Positions 24,234 to 36,620 of a stretch of DNA of 64,000 nucleotides are shown here, one piece after another. Source of the stretch: Adineta vaga (lineage: Eukaryota; Animalia; Rotifera); assembly GCA_021613535.1 (NCBI GenBank), contig CP075493.1, positions 1,240,001 through 1,304,000 on the forward strand. Reading direction: 5' to 3'. Both the position numbers and the translations under genes were made by a program. Each line of letters begins with the position of its first letter. The first letter of the stretch is position 1. The notes beneath the pieces are model-generated. The model saw only the letters and a program-made list of their open reading frames with translations. It had not been told where the DNA came from and ran no database searches.

Positions 24234-27200
24234 GTTTTTAGTATTAGGGTTTTTTGGTTTTCGTAACGAAAAGGAACAGAATTTAGAATTTTTTCATAAT
24301 AAATTTCATCGATTGAATTTCGATTTTTAAAAGATGTATTTTAATGCAAATAGAAAATGCATCTGAAAAAAAATAATCAAGAAAAATCTGTTAAATTTCA
24401 AGTCAACTTCTTCTTTTTGCTGCTGCTGCTTCTTCTTCTTCTTCTTCTTTTTTTTCTTCCCATTTTTGCGTTTTTTTTTCTGAAGCGAACATATCAAATA
24501 AAGGAAAATATAGTAGAAAGAGAAAAGTCAATTCTCTCATCGTTGTCGTCTAGTTTTTTTTTTATTCTGTTGATGACCGTCGTAAAAAAACTGAATCTAA
24601 TTAGATGACGATAAGATAGATAGAGAGAAAAAAGTGCATGTGATGATTGAAATCTTCGAAGGATGATCATCGTTTTTTTTTTTTGCTTTTCTCGAGATGT
24701 TTATGTCATTTATTTGATGAGCGACATCTTAGTTTTTGAATCTTAAGCACACATATGGAATTATGACAATTATTCTTATTTTTAATCTTGATATTAAAAA
24801 AAGAAAAAGTTTTCCCCCTTTTACTCACCCTTGATAATTGAAAAGAAGAAGAAAAAAGAAAAAAAAATTACGAACAAAAGTCGATTGAAAAAAAAAATCC
24901 TGTTGTCAAGTATTCTAATATATAACACGCATCGATGACAATATTATATAAAAGTCAATGTAAAATAAATGAATGAATAATTCGTAGTTGGATTGCTTCT
25001 ATCTGTTTTTTTTTCTCTTCGTTTTTTTTTGTCATTATTGCTTTTCTTTTATAGTTGAAAAATCGACTTATTGTTTGCATTCGGTTTTTTTTTCGTGAAG
25101 GTGAACTGACGATGATTATAAATGCAAATTTTTTTTCAATGTATACTAAATGTCGATATATTACCTTCAAGAAGTACATCGAAAAAAAAAACAGAACACA
25201 AACAAAAAAAAAAAGAGAAAACCTTGTGAAAGAAAAAAAATCAAAATGAGTTTCGGTTGATTGATTTTCGAAAAGAAAAAGATTTGATGTCTTCTTCTTT
25301 TATTTAACAATCAAATATGATCATTCACTTTTAGCATCATATTGAGAATCAAGAAAATAAATAAAACTTACATCTGCTTCTTCTATCCTATGTTGATGAT
25401 GATAGTTCCTCAACTTAATGAACTTCTTTCTCTCGGTTTTTTTTCTTCGTATTCACAATTCTTTTTTTTTCAGTTGTTCTTCTCTCTTACTCCCCTTTTT
25501 TTCCCATCGTTCTAACATCGGTCTTAGATTAATTTGGTTACATAGAGAAAAAGAAAGAAGAACTGTTCTTTAGAGAGAACACATCATTTTATTTCAAAAA
25601 TATATCAACAGAAAAAAGAAGAGAAAGAGAGAAAAAATCGACTTCGATTAGAAACTAAAAGGAACACTTGATTAAATTTATCGATAAATCTTAATCTTAT
25701 TGAAATAAATGAATTAAGAGAAAGAAGACGAAATAGTGACGTATAACGGATGTCTGGTCGAGTTAAATTTCCATGAGTAACTTACTTATACCTTCAATAT
25801 CTTAATTAAATTAGAAATTTTATTGAAGAAAAATTTCTTTCTCATCATTTCTTATTATTTACCTGCAAACTTTCTTCTTCTGATCATCATCATACTATTT
25901 CTACATAACCTAAAAAATGTTTCTATTATCATCAACAATTCTCTATTGTAGCACTCGAAGAAAACGATGGAATCCGAAGAGAGAAAAAAAAATATAAAGA
26001 AACACACTCGCATTATACTATCTTTATATGTAAAGATATTTGGTTGGTTAAGAAAAAAAAAGAAGAAAAAAAAAACTCATCGACATTTATTATACTAATA
26101 CTGTCGATGCTTGTACATATACTCTTATTCTAGTCGAACTTTTCTGTCTCTCTCTCTCTCTTTGGTACAAAGAAAAGAAAAAAAAGAATTTTCCTAAAAT
26201 AATATCCTGTACAAACAGAATGAGAAAAAAAAAGAAGAAATATCAAGACGGAACGCGAACGATGAATCGGTTAAAGAAACAGAAAGGAGCATCATTTCTA
26301 TTCTTCTCGTTCTCATATTCTCGATAAAAAAAACGATGTAATCCAGAAGAACATTAAGCGTAGTTTACTAATGTGCTGATATCACTATGCTTAGAAGTTC
26401 AGTTCTTCTTTCCATTCTTAGAAAAAGGAATGCATATATCTATTGAATGCATCTTGCCGTTAACCGGCAATCGTTGAGAAATATCGTACAACTAAAAGAA
26501 CGAACAAGAAAAGAGAAATGTACAAAAGTTCAACTCATCTTTTCTTTAAGGATAATCAAGTCTTTTCTTTCCTATGTACTGTTATCAATAGGAAACTTCT
26601 CCCTCGTTTTTCTTCCTTTTCTCAATATATATCTATACAAACAAATTAATCAGATGAAGGAAATGGAAATAAACGAAACAGATGTGTTTAAAGAAGATTC
26701 TTCTTTTTCTCCTCTCGTAGAAAGAAGAATAGAAAAGTTAGCGATTATTTTAAAAAGCTAGATGAAATAATTCGTCGTTTCTCTTTCTATGCAAATGAAC
26801 AATCCAGATGTGTAGAAAAATCAATGAATCAAAACATAAAAGAAAATAAATTAAACTATTGAAACCATTTAAATGTTATTTTATTCATTGAAATGAAATA
26901 AACAATGTAGAAAAAAAGAAAAGTCTAATCGATGTAATTTTACATTCTTCCACACTTACTTGTTATTTTTAAATCAAATGAGACCAATGTCGGTCGGCTG
27001 CCCGAAGCCTCGGTTACTTCTTTTCTCTCTTTTCACACATCGGCATCTGTTCTGTTTCATTTGACTTTCAAACCAAAAAAAAAAAAGAAGAATACAAGAC
27101 CGAAAATAAAAATGTGCGTAAGTTGAGGACGTTGCTATTAAAACATGTACACACACATAAAATATAAAAATGAGAGAAAATGACTGTTATCTTTAAAAAA

Positions 27201-27526
27201 ACTGAAGGAAAAAAAGAATATTGCTCTTTATTCTCTTGTTTTATAAGAGTCAATGAGTAAGGATTGAAATTTTTTTCATCCCTACATTTCTATTCTCCTG
27301 TTTTTTCTCACTTAATCAACAATATAAAAATGAATGAATGATTATTGTGTGTAGTTTAAAAAAAAAGTGTATACACGCGCTTCCCGAGAGTCTCCTTCAC
27401 CTCTTTTAATATAAAGTCATGTTCTTTTATGAGCAAGAACAAGAAAAAATTTAATTTTGTTCCATCCTCTCTTTCTCTCCCATATTACTATTATTTTGAA
27501 ATTGTCTGTCAAGTGCATATGTTCCT

Positions 27527-27527
27527 T

Positions 27528-27559
<32 letters not shown>
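27527..27559. repeat. (CT)n microsatellite
   Basis: Near-perfect TC/CT run in the non-coding region upstream of the zinc-finger gene. Confidence 0.85.
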
Positions 27560-30500
27560 GCGAGTCTATTGAACAGGTATACCTGTGTATGAACTTCAAA
27601 CTTTGTACAATTCATTTTTAGGGTAAAGAAAATGTTTGAATATTCATCGGATGATCCATTACCTGAATCTTTGACAATGCTTCGTATTGTTTCATGATCG
27701 TCATTTAAAAAAAATTGATTTGAAAAGAAGAACATATGAAGAAAGAGAGAAGAACAGCTAAAATCTGCTGCCAACAAAAAAGTATATGTACGAAGAATAA
27801 AATTGAGTGAAAAAAGCACATAAAATGCATATATCGATTCTATACTTAAACTTGCAAATAAAAAAAACTTTTCTCGTCTCTCCCATTCTTCTTGTATTCA
27901 TATCAAAAATATATTAAAAAACCAAGACAAAACTGCCGCCATCACTATTGCTGCTTTTATTCATATATATATACACAATTTTCAATGTTTCTGTTCTCCG
28001 GACATGATGCCCGCCTACTTGAATGAAAAAGAACTCGATAGAGTTAAAAAGAAATGAAATAGTGAGCAAGTCGATAAAAGAAATAAGAGAAGAAATATAA
28101 CAACACATAACACATACACATTTATATATACATATATAAATATAAATATTTCTAAATAAAAGCCAAAAGAAAAAGAAAAGTTCAAGAATCCAAAACATCG
28201 CATTCATTCGTCAAAAAAGCTCATTCTAATGAGCTCGAGTGGTGTTATTATTGTTATTCTTATCCTATAGAAAATAATGAATTTTTAACCATGTGTAAAA
28301 TGATATTATTTTCTAGTTCAATTCATTGTTTTTAATTGAAAAAACCGACTGAGATAGCAATCTTCATGTCGCACCTTACATGACGGACGCTGGAGGGAAA
28401 AAAGAAATAGATAATAGTTAACTTTTTTTTTTGAGAAATAGCTCGACATGTTTTAGTTAACATGAATCTTGTGCGTGTGTGCATTCACCATGCAATCATC
28501 AGGGGCCAGCGCGCGTCCATATAAGAATCGTTCTCATCATCGAAAATTTTCACATTATTAGATTCTTTTTTTTTCTAGCTCTTAGCAAGAAACAAAATTT
28601 GTCAATTACACTCTTCAAGTAGTACCCATCGGATTTAGTATGAAAAAGAAAACGACAATGACGACCGCAATTGACAAGACAATTGTATAGAAAGAGAGGG
28701 AGAAAAAAACTTTACGGAAATGTGAGAGAGGGCAACATATATACCGATTGAAATCGTCTCGCAATGTATATGAGTGGATCGTCCGAACGCATACCTTTAT
28801 CAATATATATGTCACGCGATCGGTCGCCTATTGTTTTATTTTATTTGAAGAAAAAGTAATTGTCTACTCGCTTTAAAATACTCAATGAATTACTATAAAT
28901 ACAATTAAGAACATAAGAAGTAATTGAGAATTAGCTGTTAGATAAAAAGAGCAGCAGGATTTCTTAACAATAGAAATTTCAAGGAAGACCACAAACTGAG
29001 TTTGATAAAAGATATTTTAACATGAAATGATAATCTTTTTATAGATTATCAATGTGATTCAGATGAAAATATTTGTTTTAATCTACTTTAGTTCAATTTG
29101 TTCTTCTTACCTGTCTTCTCTCTTTCTTTCGCAATGGAGAGAACGAGAGACGATCACTCATCTTTGCTCTTTTATGTCTATCGTCGAAAATATTATTTAT
29201 GTATAAGCTCAAAATGTAGTAAAGCAATAAAAAAAAAACTGAACGACAAAACATGAAATAGTAGTCTCATTTCATTTTTGATCTCTACTTGTAGTTTTCT
29301 CTTCTGTAGTTGAGCTTAACACGCGACAAATTAATTCTCTAACAATAATATAAGCATGCAAAGTTCTCTCGTTTTTTTTTACTTCGTTTTTTTTTATGTC
29401 TGTTGATTCTTTTGTTTCATAGAATTACTTTTCTCGAACAGTCGACATATATATATATATATATCGGTTAATTATTAATTGAAGCATCAATTACAATTAT
29501 CATGTGATGAAAGCTCGAACTTACCAAATTTTAAATGAATAATGATGATGTTGTAATAAGTTTGCAAAGAATTCTTTTGCTTCTTCTTTTTTATTAGATG
29601 TGCGTTCTGATCTTATTTCAAGACTGAACTATCTATCGAGAAAATGGAGCACTATTCTATCAAATAAAATCGCATTTGTAGTTCTAGTCAAGTAGAGTAA
29701 ATGCGCTAGGGAGAATTTTTTTTCTTCTTCGTTCCATCTTTTTTTTTCATCTCTCTCTCTCTCTTCTCTCTTACTCATCTTATCTTGAATAGAAAACAGA
29801 GTTTCAAATTCCGGATGACACTCTAACAACAGTAACTGCACATAGGACCGTTACTACTTATTACTACTCAGTACACAAAGAAAACGATTGCTTCGAATAG
29901 CAAAAAAAAAAGAAAAACTGAGAGAACTGAATGATAAAACTCAATCATTCTTCCAAGTTTTTTTTTCTTAGATAGAATTCTTTTTTTTTCTCGATTCTAG
30001 CTACACTTGTTTGTTAACATTCTGTTCGATGTAAAGAAAAAAAAAGAAACGGTTCTAAATTCCTCTCATTTTTTTCCTCTCATTCTGTTTTTTTTTCATT
30101 GCATTCACTAACATGCGATCAAATTCGAATCTAGTCTCTTCGCGGAAGGTCTACCAATATATCGTTGACTAGGTCACACACACACACACACAGGAAATAC
30201 GCGATGAGTTCCTGTAAAACGACTCAGAAAAAAATGACCGAACGAATGAGAATTAGAATAAAGGAAAGAAATATAGAGCGGGCAAAGATGAAGAAAGTAC
30301 GAAGATATAAAATAAAAGAAAAGCGATAGAGAAAGAAAAACAATAAATTTATGATAATATTCTAACTATGCTGATGAAAACGAACAAATATTATGGATAT
30401 ACACAGGTTAAAGATATTAAAAGAAACTATCTTTCGTTTAAAGCGATGTTCAAATAAAATATTTGTCACGATTTCTTTTCTAAGACAAAAGAAAATCATG

Positions 30501-31654
30501 CGATAAACTGATTAAAAAAAATGAACATTCACCAGAGACACATTAATATCAGTTTTCATTTTTCACATTATTCTACTTCTCAAACACGCAGAAAAAAATA
30601 TATAAAGGAGATTTTTTTTCATATATATATATATTCTTTTCTATTTTTCTCTTTTTGTAATTGAATGTTTCCTCTTGATGTTTATTACTTATTTCATATT
30701 TGTAATCATCATTCCAATTACAATCGTCATTCTATTTTGACTTTTTTTTTCTCCATAGCATAGAAGGAAAGTTGATCGTCAAAAGAAGAAGAAGAAGAAG
30801 AAAAAAAATTAAAAAGAATCGATAGATCATCATCAGAGACGTTGTCAAAATTTCAGGAAGCAATCAAAATGTTATTCGGCTGCTCTTTTTATATTTCACT
30901 GTAGGGAAAAAAAATGACGAACACATTCACACATGATATAATCTGTATATGTCGTAAAAGAGACAATCAATAATAAAAAAAAAAGAAGTTGTGAGAACAA
31001 CAGAAACAGGCAGACAAAGAAATGAAAAAAAAAGAAACTAAGATCAATTTTGATTTATTAGAAGGAAATTTTTACTAGATGTGTTATGTTAAAAAATTCA
31101 TGATAGACAGCTGAAGTTATGCAAGCAAAGCGAAAAAGATCATTTATTAGTATTATAGTGATAGGTTATAGGAAAAAAAAAGTTAACACTTGCAAGAATG
31201 AGTCAAGTGGAGACAAGAGAGAAAAATGAGCATGCGGGAAATCAATTCAAAAAAGCATTAGACCTACGGCAATGTTAAGCGATTTTTTTTGAAAAGAATA
31301 GAAGTAAAATTATGTGTGAGGAAGAATATTGTCAGTATGAATGAATAAGAAGCTAAAAAAATGCATACATATACCACTTAAGTACTCTAAAATTTGATGT
31401 GAAAATCGATCGACAAGAGAGAGAAGAAAAAGAGATTGTTGGACATTAGAAAAAGTATGAAACAGATGTGCGAGTAAAATTAGTTAGTAGGTACGAGAAA
31501 AAAAACGACGAACCATTTCATGCAATGACAATAATGAAAAGAAGACAGAGATTAACAATGAAAAACAAAAAACAAAACACTATTTCTGACTAATACGTAT
31601 TCTATTGTTGTTTTTTCTTGGTTGTAATGAATTAATTAACTACTAGTTTGGATT

Positions 31655-33318
31655 TTAACGTTTAATTTTTAATTTTTCGACATCTTCTGTTACTTTCTCA
31701 ACGGTTGATGATGTATGATGTGGTTTAACACCCGGTTTAATACCACGTTTTTCAAGCGCTTTAGCAATTTGTTCTTTGCATTCGTCAAATTCTTTCTCTA
31801 CAGCTACATCATATGCATCTTTTCCTGAAATGGAAAAACCAAATTATAACCTTTTACAAAGCATTCTTGTTTGTCTCCCACCTTCATTATTTCGAGGTGT
31901 AGGATCTGCACCATGTCGAAGTAAAGTTGTTAAAATTCTTGGTTTATTAAAGAAACAAGCAACCATTGCAGGCGTATTATTTTTCAAATCATGTGCATTC
32001 ACTTTCGCACCATGTTGTAACAGTAATTCGATACATTCTGGACTGTCAACAATACCTAAATATGATTTTAAATGAAAAATAAATTCATCATTATTATATG
32101 GTGATTTTATGAAAATTTACCAGCACTAGCAAAATGTAATGCAGTACCACCTTGATCATTACGATGATTCACATTTGTTTCTTTGTGACTTAACATGATT
32201 CTAAAGAAGAAAAAACGAATCATGGGAATTGCCATATTTGTTCGGCTGTTTTTTTTCATATCCTTACTGAACGATTCTTTTTCGATTATGTCGAGCAGCA
32301 ATACTTAATGGTGTATCACCCATAAATGCAACATTTGGATCAGCTCGTGTATCCATCAATGCTTCAACACATTCAGGACGATCATGGATAACAGCTCTAG
32401 AACAAAAAAGAAGATGTTCTCTTTCCTTTTAGAACAATTATTCTTTTTACTTATGAATTGGTGCCATTGAACTTCGATCTAAATGATTGACTTGAGCACC
32501 ATGTTTAACGAGTAAACGAATTAGTTCGGCTCGATCTTTTTGCTAAAATATCAATTGGATAAAACAACACAAATCATACAAAAGATTTTTTTACTCGTAA
32601 ACTTTGTCCATGATATTCTGCATCACAGAGAACATGAATTGGTGTTAAATGGTGTTCACTTTCTGTTTGATTTGGATCAGCACCGTGCTTAAATAGAATA
32701 TAAAATGATAAAGTGATAATAACTTTCTTTTTTCTTTTCTTACTTCAATAAAAAGTTTAATAATATCAATATCACCTTCGAAACATGCAATAATCAATGG
32801 TGATACTTGAGCGATAGGTGTACCAGTTTGTTCATGAAGAATTTCACAATTAACACTAGGATCTAAACAGGGAAGACATTTTTGCGTAAGAAACAATTAC
32901 AAATTTATTTCTATAGAATAATACTTGTGCCTTTTTTGAACAATTCACGAAGACCTTTCAATTTTTCATCTACATTTGCTTGCGTTCGATCTGTATTCCA
33001 GATGGCAATTAACAATGGATGATGTTTTTCTTTAAAAGCTCGATCGGTTGCCGAGGAAGTACCATTATTGGCTGCTGGATGTTGTGATGGCGGTTTACGT
33101 TCACGACTTTCCTTATGAGGTTCTTTTTCACGTGTAGGTTCTTTTGAATTACGTGGTGATCGAAGATTATTATGAGAACTAGAAAGTTTTTTTTTTAAAT
33201 AAACGTCCCATTTAATTCATATTATTCTTACTTAGATTTGCTATCATGAATTGAAATAAATATTAAAATTATAAAATAAAGACTTTTCTATGGATTAAGG
33301 AAGATATTTTTACCTCAT
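31655..33318 (-). CDS. Ankyrin-repeat protein (multi-exon, includes a 9-nt micro-exon)
   Basis: Repeats SPLIIACFEGDIDIIKLFIE, HLTPIHVLC, GDTPLSI, GGTALHFASA, TPAMVAC and GGDKQECF. ATG at 33316-33318, stop at 31655-31657. Confidence 0.85.
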
Positions 33319-34429
33319 TTTATTTGGACACGATGTGAAAAAAGGTGTATTGGTTTAGATGGTTGTTTTTACTCCGACGTAGAGCGCGAACAGCAAAGGC
33401 CTATCACCGAAAGTGGTTATCGATGTGGTGTGTGGGTAAGAAGACAAATCGAGTGTGGGCATTCAAGCATGACCAAAATAAAATGTTCGTCATAATATCA
33501 TGATCACTATACAGAGGTAATAGTGGTATCTCGCAATGAGTAGACCTCCGAGAGGTAATAAAAAATGAATAATGTAAAAAAGAAAGAATAAACATTCATT
33601 GCTTCAATCTATCTATGCATCATGCATCGGTATGTAATAAATGCAAAGTTTAACTGATTGACTATATGTTTCTTACATATAGATATTCATACAATAATTA
33701 AGTATAATACGTTTAAAGATATAAAATTTTCAGGTAGAACATTTTTCTCAATGTAACTACGTTAATTACGATAAAATAGTAGATAAATCATATTCAAGGC
33801 GAAAAAAAAAGAAACGAAAGATTCACGTGCTTTGTCTGAAGGAAATATTTATTCATTACGATTCAATGCCGTTCTAAATGAAAACTCATTGTCAACAAAT
33901 ATATATCTTTCTAATTAAACTTCAACTATTCAAAAATATTTCTCTTAAGGTATATTGACACATTATTACTATATTACGATATCAAATTGTATATTATAGT
34001 ATTCTTTCATTTCTGTATATACATAAGAATGCCTATATATTATGAAATCATTATTATATACATTCGTAGAAAGACCTTGAATAATCAAACTCAACGATCA
34101 GATAATTAAATGTGACGTAGGTATCGAAAGATGTTTTTATTGATAAATATTTCATTACATTAATACAGAATATATATATATATCAAGTTCTATATATAAA
34201 TATAGATTGATTAAAGAACTTTTTAAAAATGGAAGAGAAAGAGTAGTCAGCTAGTTTCTTAACTATGAAACTAACTAAATTCTTATTCTACTTAAGAAAG
34301 AAAGAAAGAAACAAGATACTCGCTCAAAAGATACTAATTCTAATCAATTAATTGAATTGATTGGTGTTAATGATTATAATTTTCATGGCTGGATTTAGAT
34401 TGCTAGATCGCAAAACGAGAAAATTATCT

Positions 34430-35700
34430 CATAATTTTTATGAGTGACCGATCTGGTTTCTTTTTAACTAGATAATCTTGAAGATTATGCAGCTTTTTAG
34501 TACCAACGACTGGTTTTATTCTACAAATGGTTGTGTCTGAGAAGCATTCATTCCAGATCTGATTGAAATGAGCCGAGAATTTTTCCATACCTTTACAACA
34601 AGTAAAATGGCATAAGAAAGTGTTTTCGAAGTCAATTCTAGCCTTCTTTGCTTTTGGTCTTTACCTACATTGTCAAGAAAGATTTTTTTATTTCAAAGAA
34701 ATTCTTTGATGTAGAAGTTGGACATTGATATGTTTTGAAGACTCTATTAAATTGATTTAAAATAAATTTTAATGGATATTTATTCAATAATAGTGATACA
34801 CAAATGTGATTTTCTTCATGTTTAAATGCATCGTAACTTGAACAATACCTCACGGCACGTATAAGAGATATGAATGGAATATTTCTCTTGATGTATTGTG
34901 CATGTATACTAGTGAAAGGGAGAAAATATGGTTCATGTGAAGGTTTATGAAACACATCAGATACCAATGCTCCTCTTCTATTCTCCAGTTTCGTATCTAG
35001 GTATTCCGCGGTAAAACCTATAGACTTGGACAATTCTATGTTATTGTCTAGTCTATTCTGAAATTAACTAGGCCGTTTAATGTGTCTATATGTATGTTTG
35101 TCATAATGAAAAAGTCATCAATTTTTTCGAGATGAAAGACTTTCGACTTCTCGGTTTTCCGTCTAATGGTCTTCGTATCTTCAAATTTATGTATTAGATT
35201 ATTTATTCTCTCTAGTTGATTCAACGGAGGGTATTTATGATGATATTCTATCAGAATCTTTTGAATGGATTCTTCAAAGGTATGTAATCGTTCTTTAGGT
35301 AATATCCATCCGTGATCTCCCGATATTTTTCTGATCTTTTTTACCACTACATCCATCTCTTGCGACAGACGCCGCTGAGCTATTTGAGGTTTATTAGGAA
35401 TATAACGAGGTCCAAGATTTAGTAAGACCTCTTCGTTTGGATATAATTTTGATGTTGATTCATTAATTATGCTAGGAGCTGAAAATCCTTTCGTAACAGC
35501 GGCGTGATATCTTTTGCTACTTGCATTACGGAGGGCGCTTCTATGGCGCTGGTTTCGGCTAAAAAAGAATTTCTTTTTAATGCTAATTCAATAAATTAAT
35601 ATCTTTGATAAGTTATTTCTCTAAGCCAAGAAGAGCATATGATAATCTATAGACAAAAGTCGTCCACATACTCTTAGTTTCAAATGATTTAGAAATATAT
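34430..35700 (-). mobile_element. Decayed Athena-type (endonuclease-less Penelope-like) retroelement: end of coiled-coil ORF plus internally deleted RT
   Basis: LLNLGPRYIP, RKTEKSKVFHL, IDDFFIMTN, EYLD, VFHKPSHEPYFLPFTSIH, LIRAVRYCSS, LLLNKYP, and C-terminal NLQDYLVKKKP. No GIY-YIG domain follows. Stops and frameshifts present. Confidence 0.85.
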
Positions 35701-35747
35701 ATAAATCGTTTATTAAACATAAAAAGTTTTCATATAAATAACATAGG

Positions 35748-36620
35748 TTATTGCGCTTTGCTGTCTTTTAAACACTCATTCTCATAGATTTTTCCACTAA
35801 TATTGACAGCATTACTCTTGTTCAGATTTAAAGTTGGCACGTCCATGGTATTGTGAATGAGCTTTAATGTATTATATAAATCACACCAGCTCATTTTAAA
35901 TTGTTGAATCAATTGATTAGCAATTTTACGTGAGTCATCTAAAATACTTTGTTTAATAGAAATTATTTTTAAAAAAGTAAATTACTTTGATTCATATTTG
36001 AGTATTTATTGAAGAAGTAAAATATCTTTCTATTACAAATCATTCTGTTGTGTTTTCTAATGGCTTTAATTTGAGCATCGTTCATTTTGTTTAATCCACT
36101 CGTTGAAATCGAAGAAACATAATGTATATGATTATCAACATCACTTTTATCACTTTCTGAATTTGATGACATTGACGATAATTCAAAAATGAGTTTGTTA
36201 CTATTATCACTGAATGAAAGGACTCCAGAAACAAAATACAATTTTATGTGAATGAAATGGTATTTAAAGAAAAAAGAGATACCTCGTGTTTGATTAGAAC
36301 TGTTCACCACTTCTGGTGACGATTTTTTTGAATAAGAACCATTTGTTTTCACGAGTACTCGTATATTCTTTGGTAAATAAAGTAAAGACGATAAAGAAAT
36401 GATTGTTTNNNNNNNNNNNNNNNNNNNNNNNTAAAGAAATGATTGTTTCATCTTCCATATCAATCATAGAATAGCTAATATCAAATGGAATCTTTAATTC
36501 TTTTCGAATACCATGATCCAATGCTTCAATACTTTCATTAGATGGAAATTTATATTTTATTTGAAAAGATTCATTTTCTGATATAAAATTTATAATTTTC
36601 ATTTCAATTATAGATGTCAT
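35748..36620 (-). CDS. Protein of unknown function (3 exons; possible ubiquitin/PB1-like N-terminus), artificially split by an N-gap
   Basis: ORFs 36294..36620 and 35969..36463 join in frame when the 17-nt duplication around the gap is collapsed. Two short GT-AG introns; ends ...CLKDSKAQ*. Confidence 0.6.
36409..36431. other. Assembly gap (23 N) with a duplicated overlap
   Basis: taaagaaatgattgttt occurs at both 36392-36408 and 36432-36448. Confidence 0.95.

Noticed and set aside
24357-29841. Numerous 60-120-aa ORFs on both strands
   Set aside because: F/K/L-rich translations of homopolymer and microsatellite DNA with no coherent exon structure.
33431-33459. Two TGTGGG hexamers (bdelloid telomere-like) near the Athena 3' side
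   Set aside because: Isolated, not tandem, and about 1 kb from the element; compatible with chance.
34100-34135. Possible decayed hammerhead ribozyme (…tgtgacgtaggtatcgaaag) downstream of Athena
   Set aside because: The CUGANGA core is absent and the stems cannot be formed convincingly; a covariance-model search would be needed.
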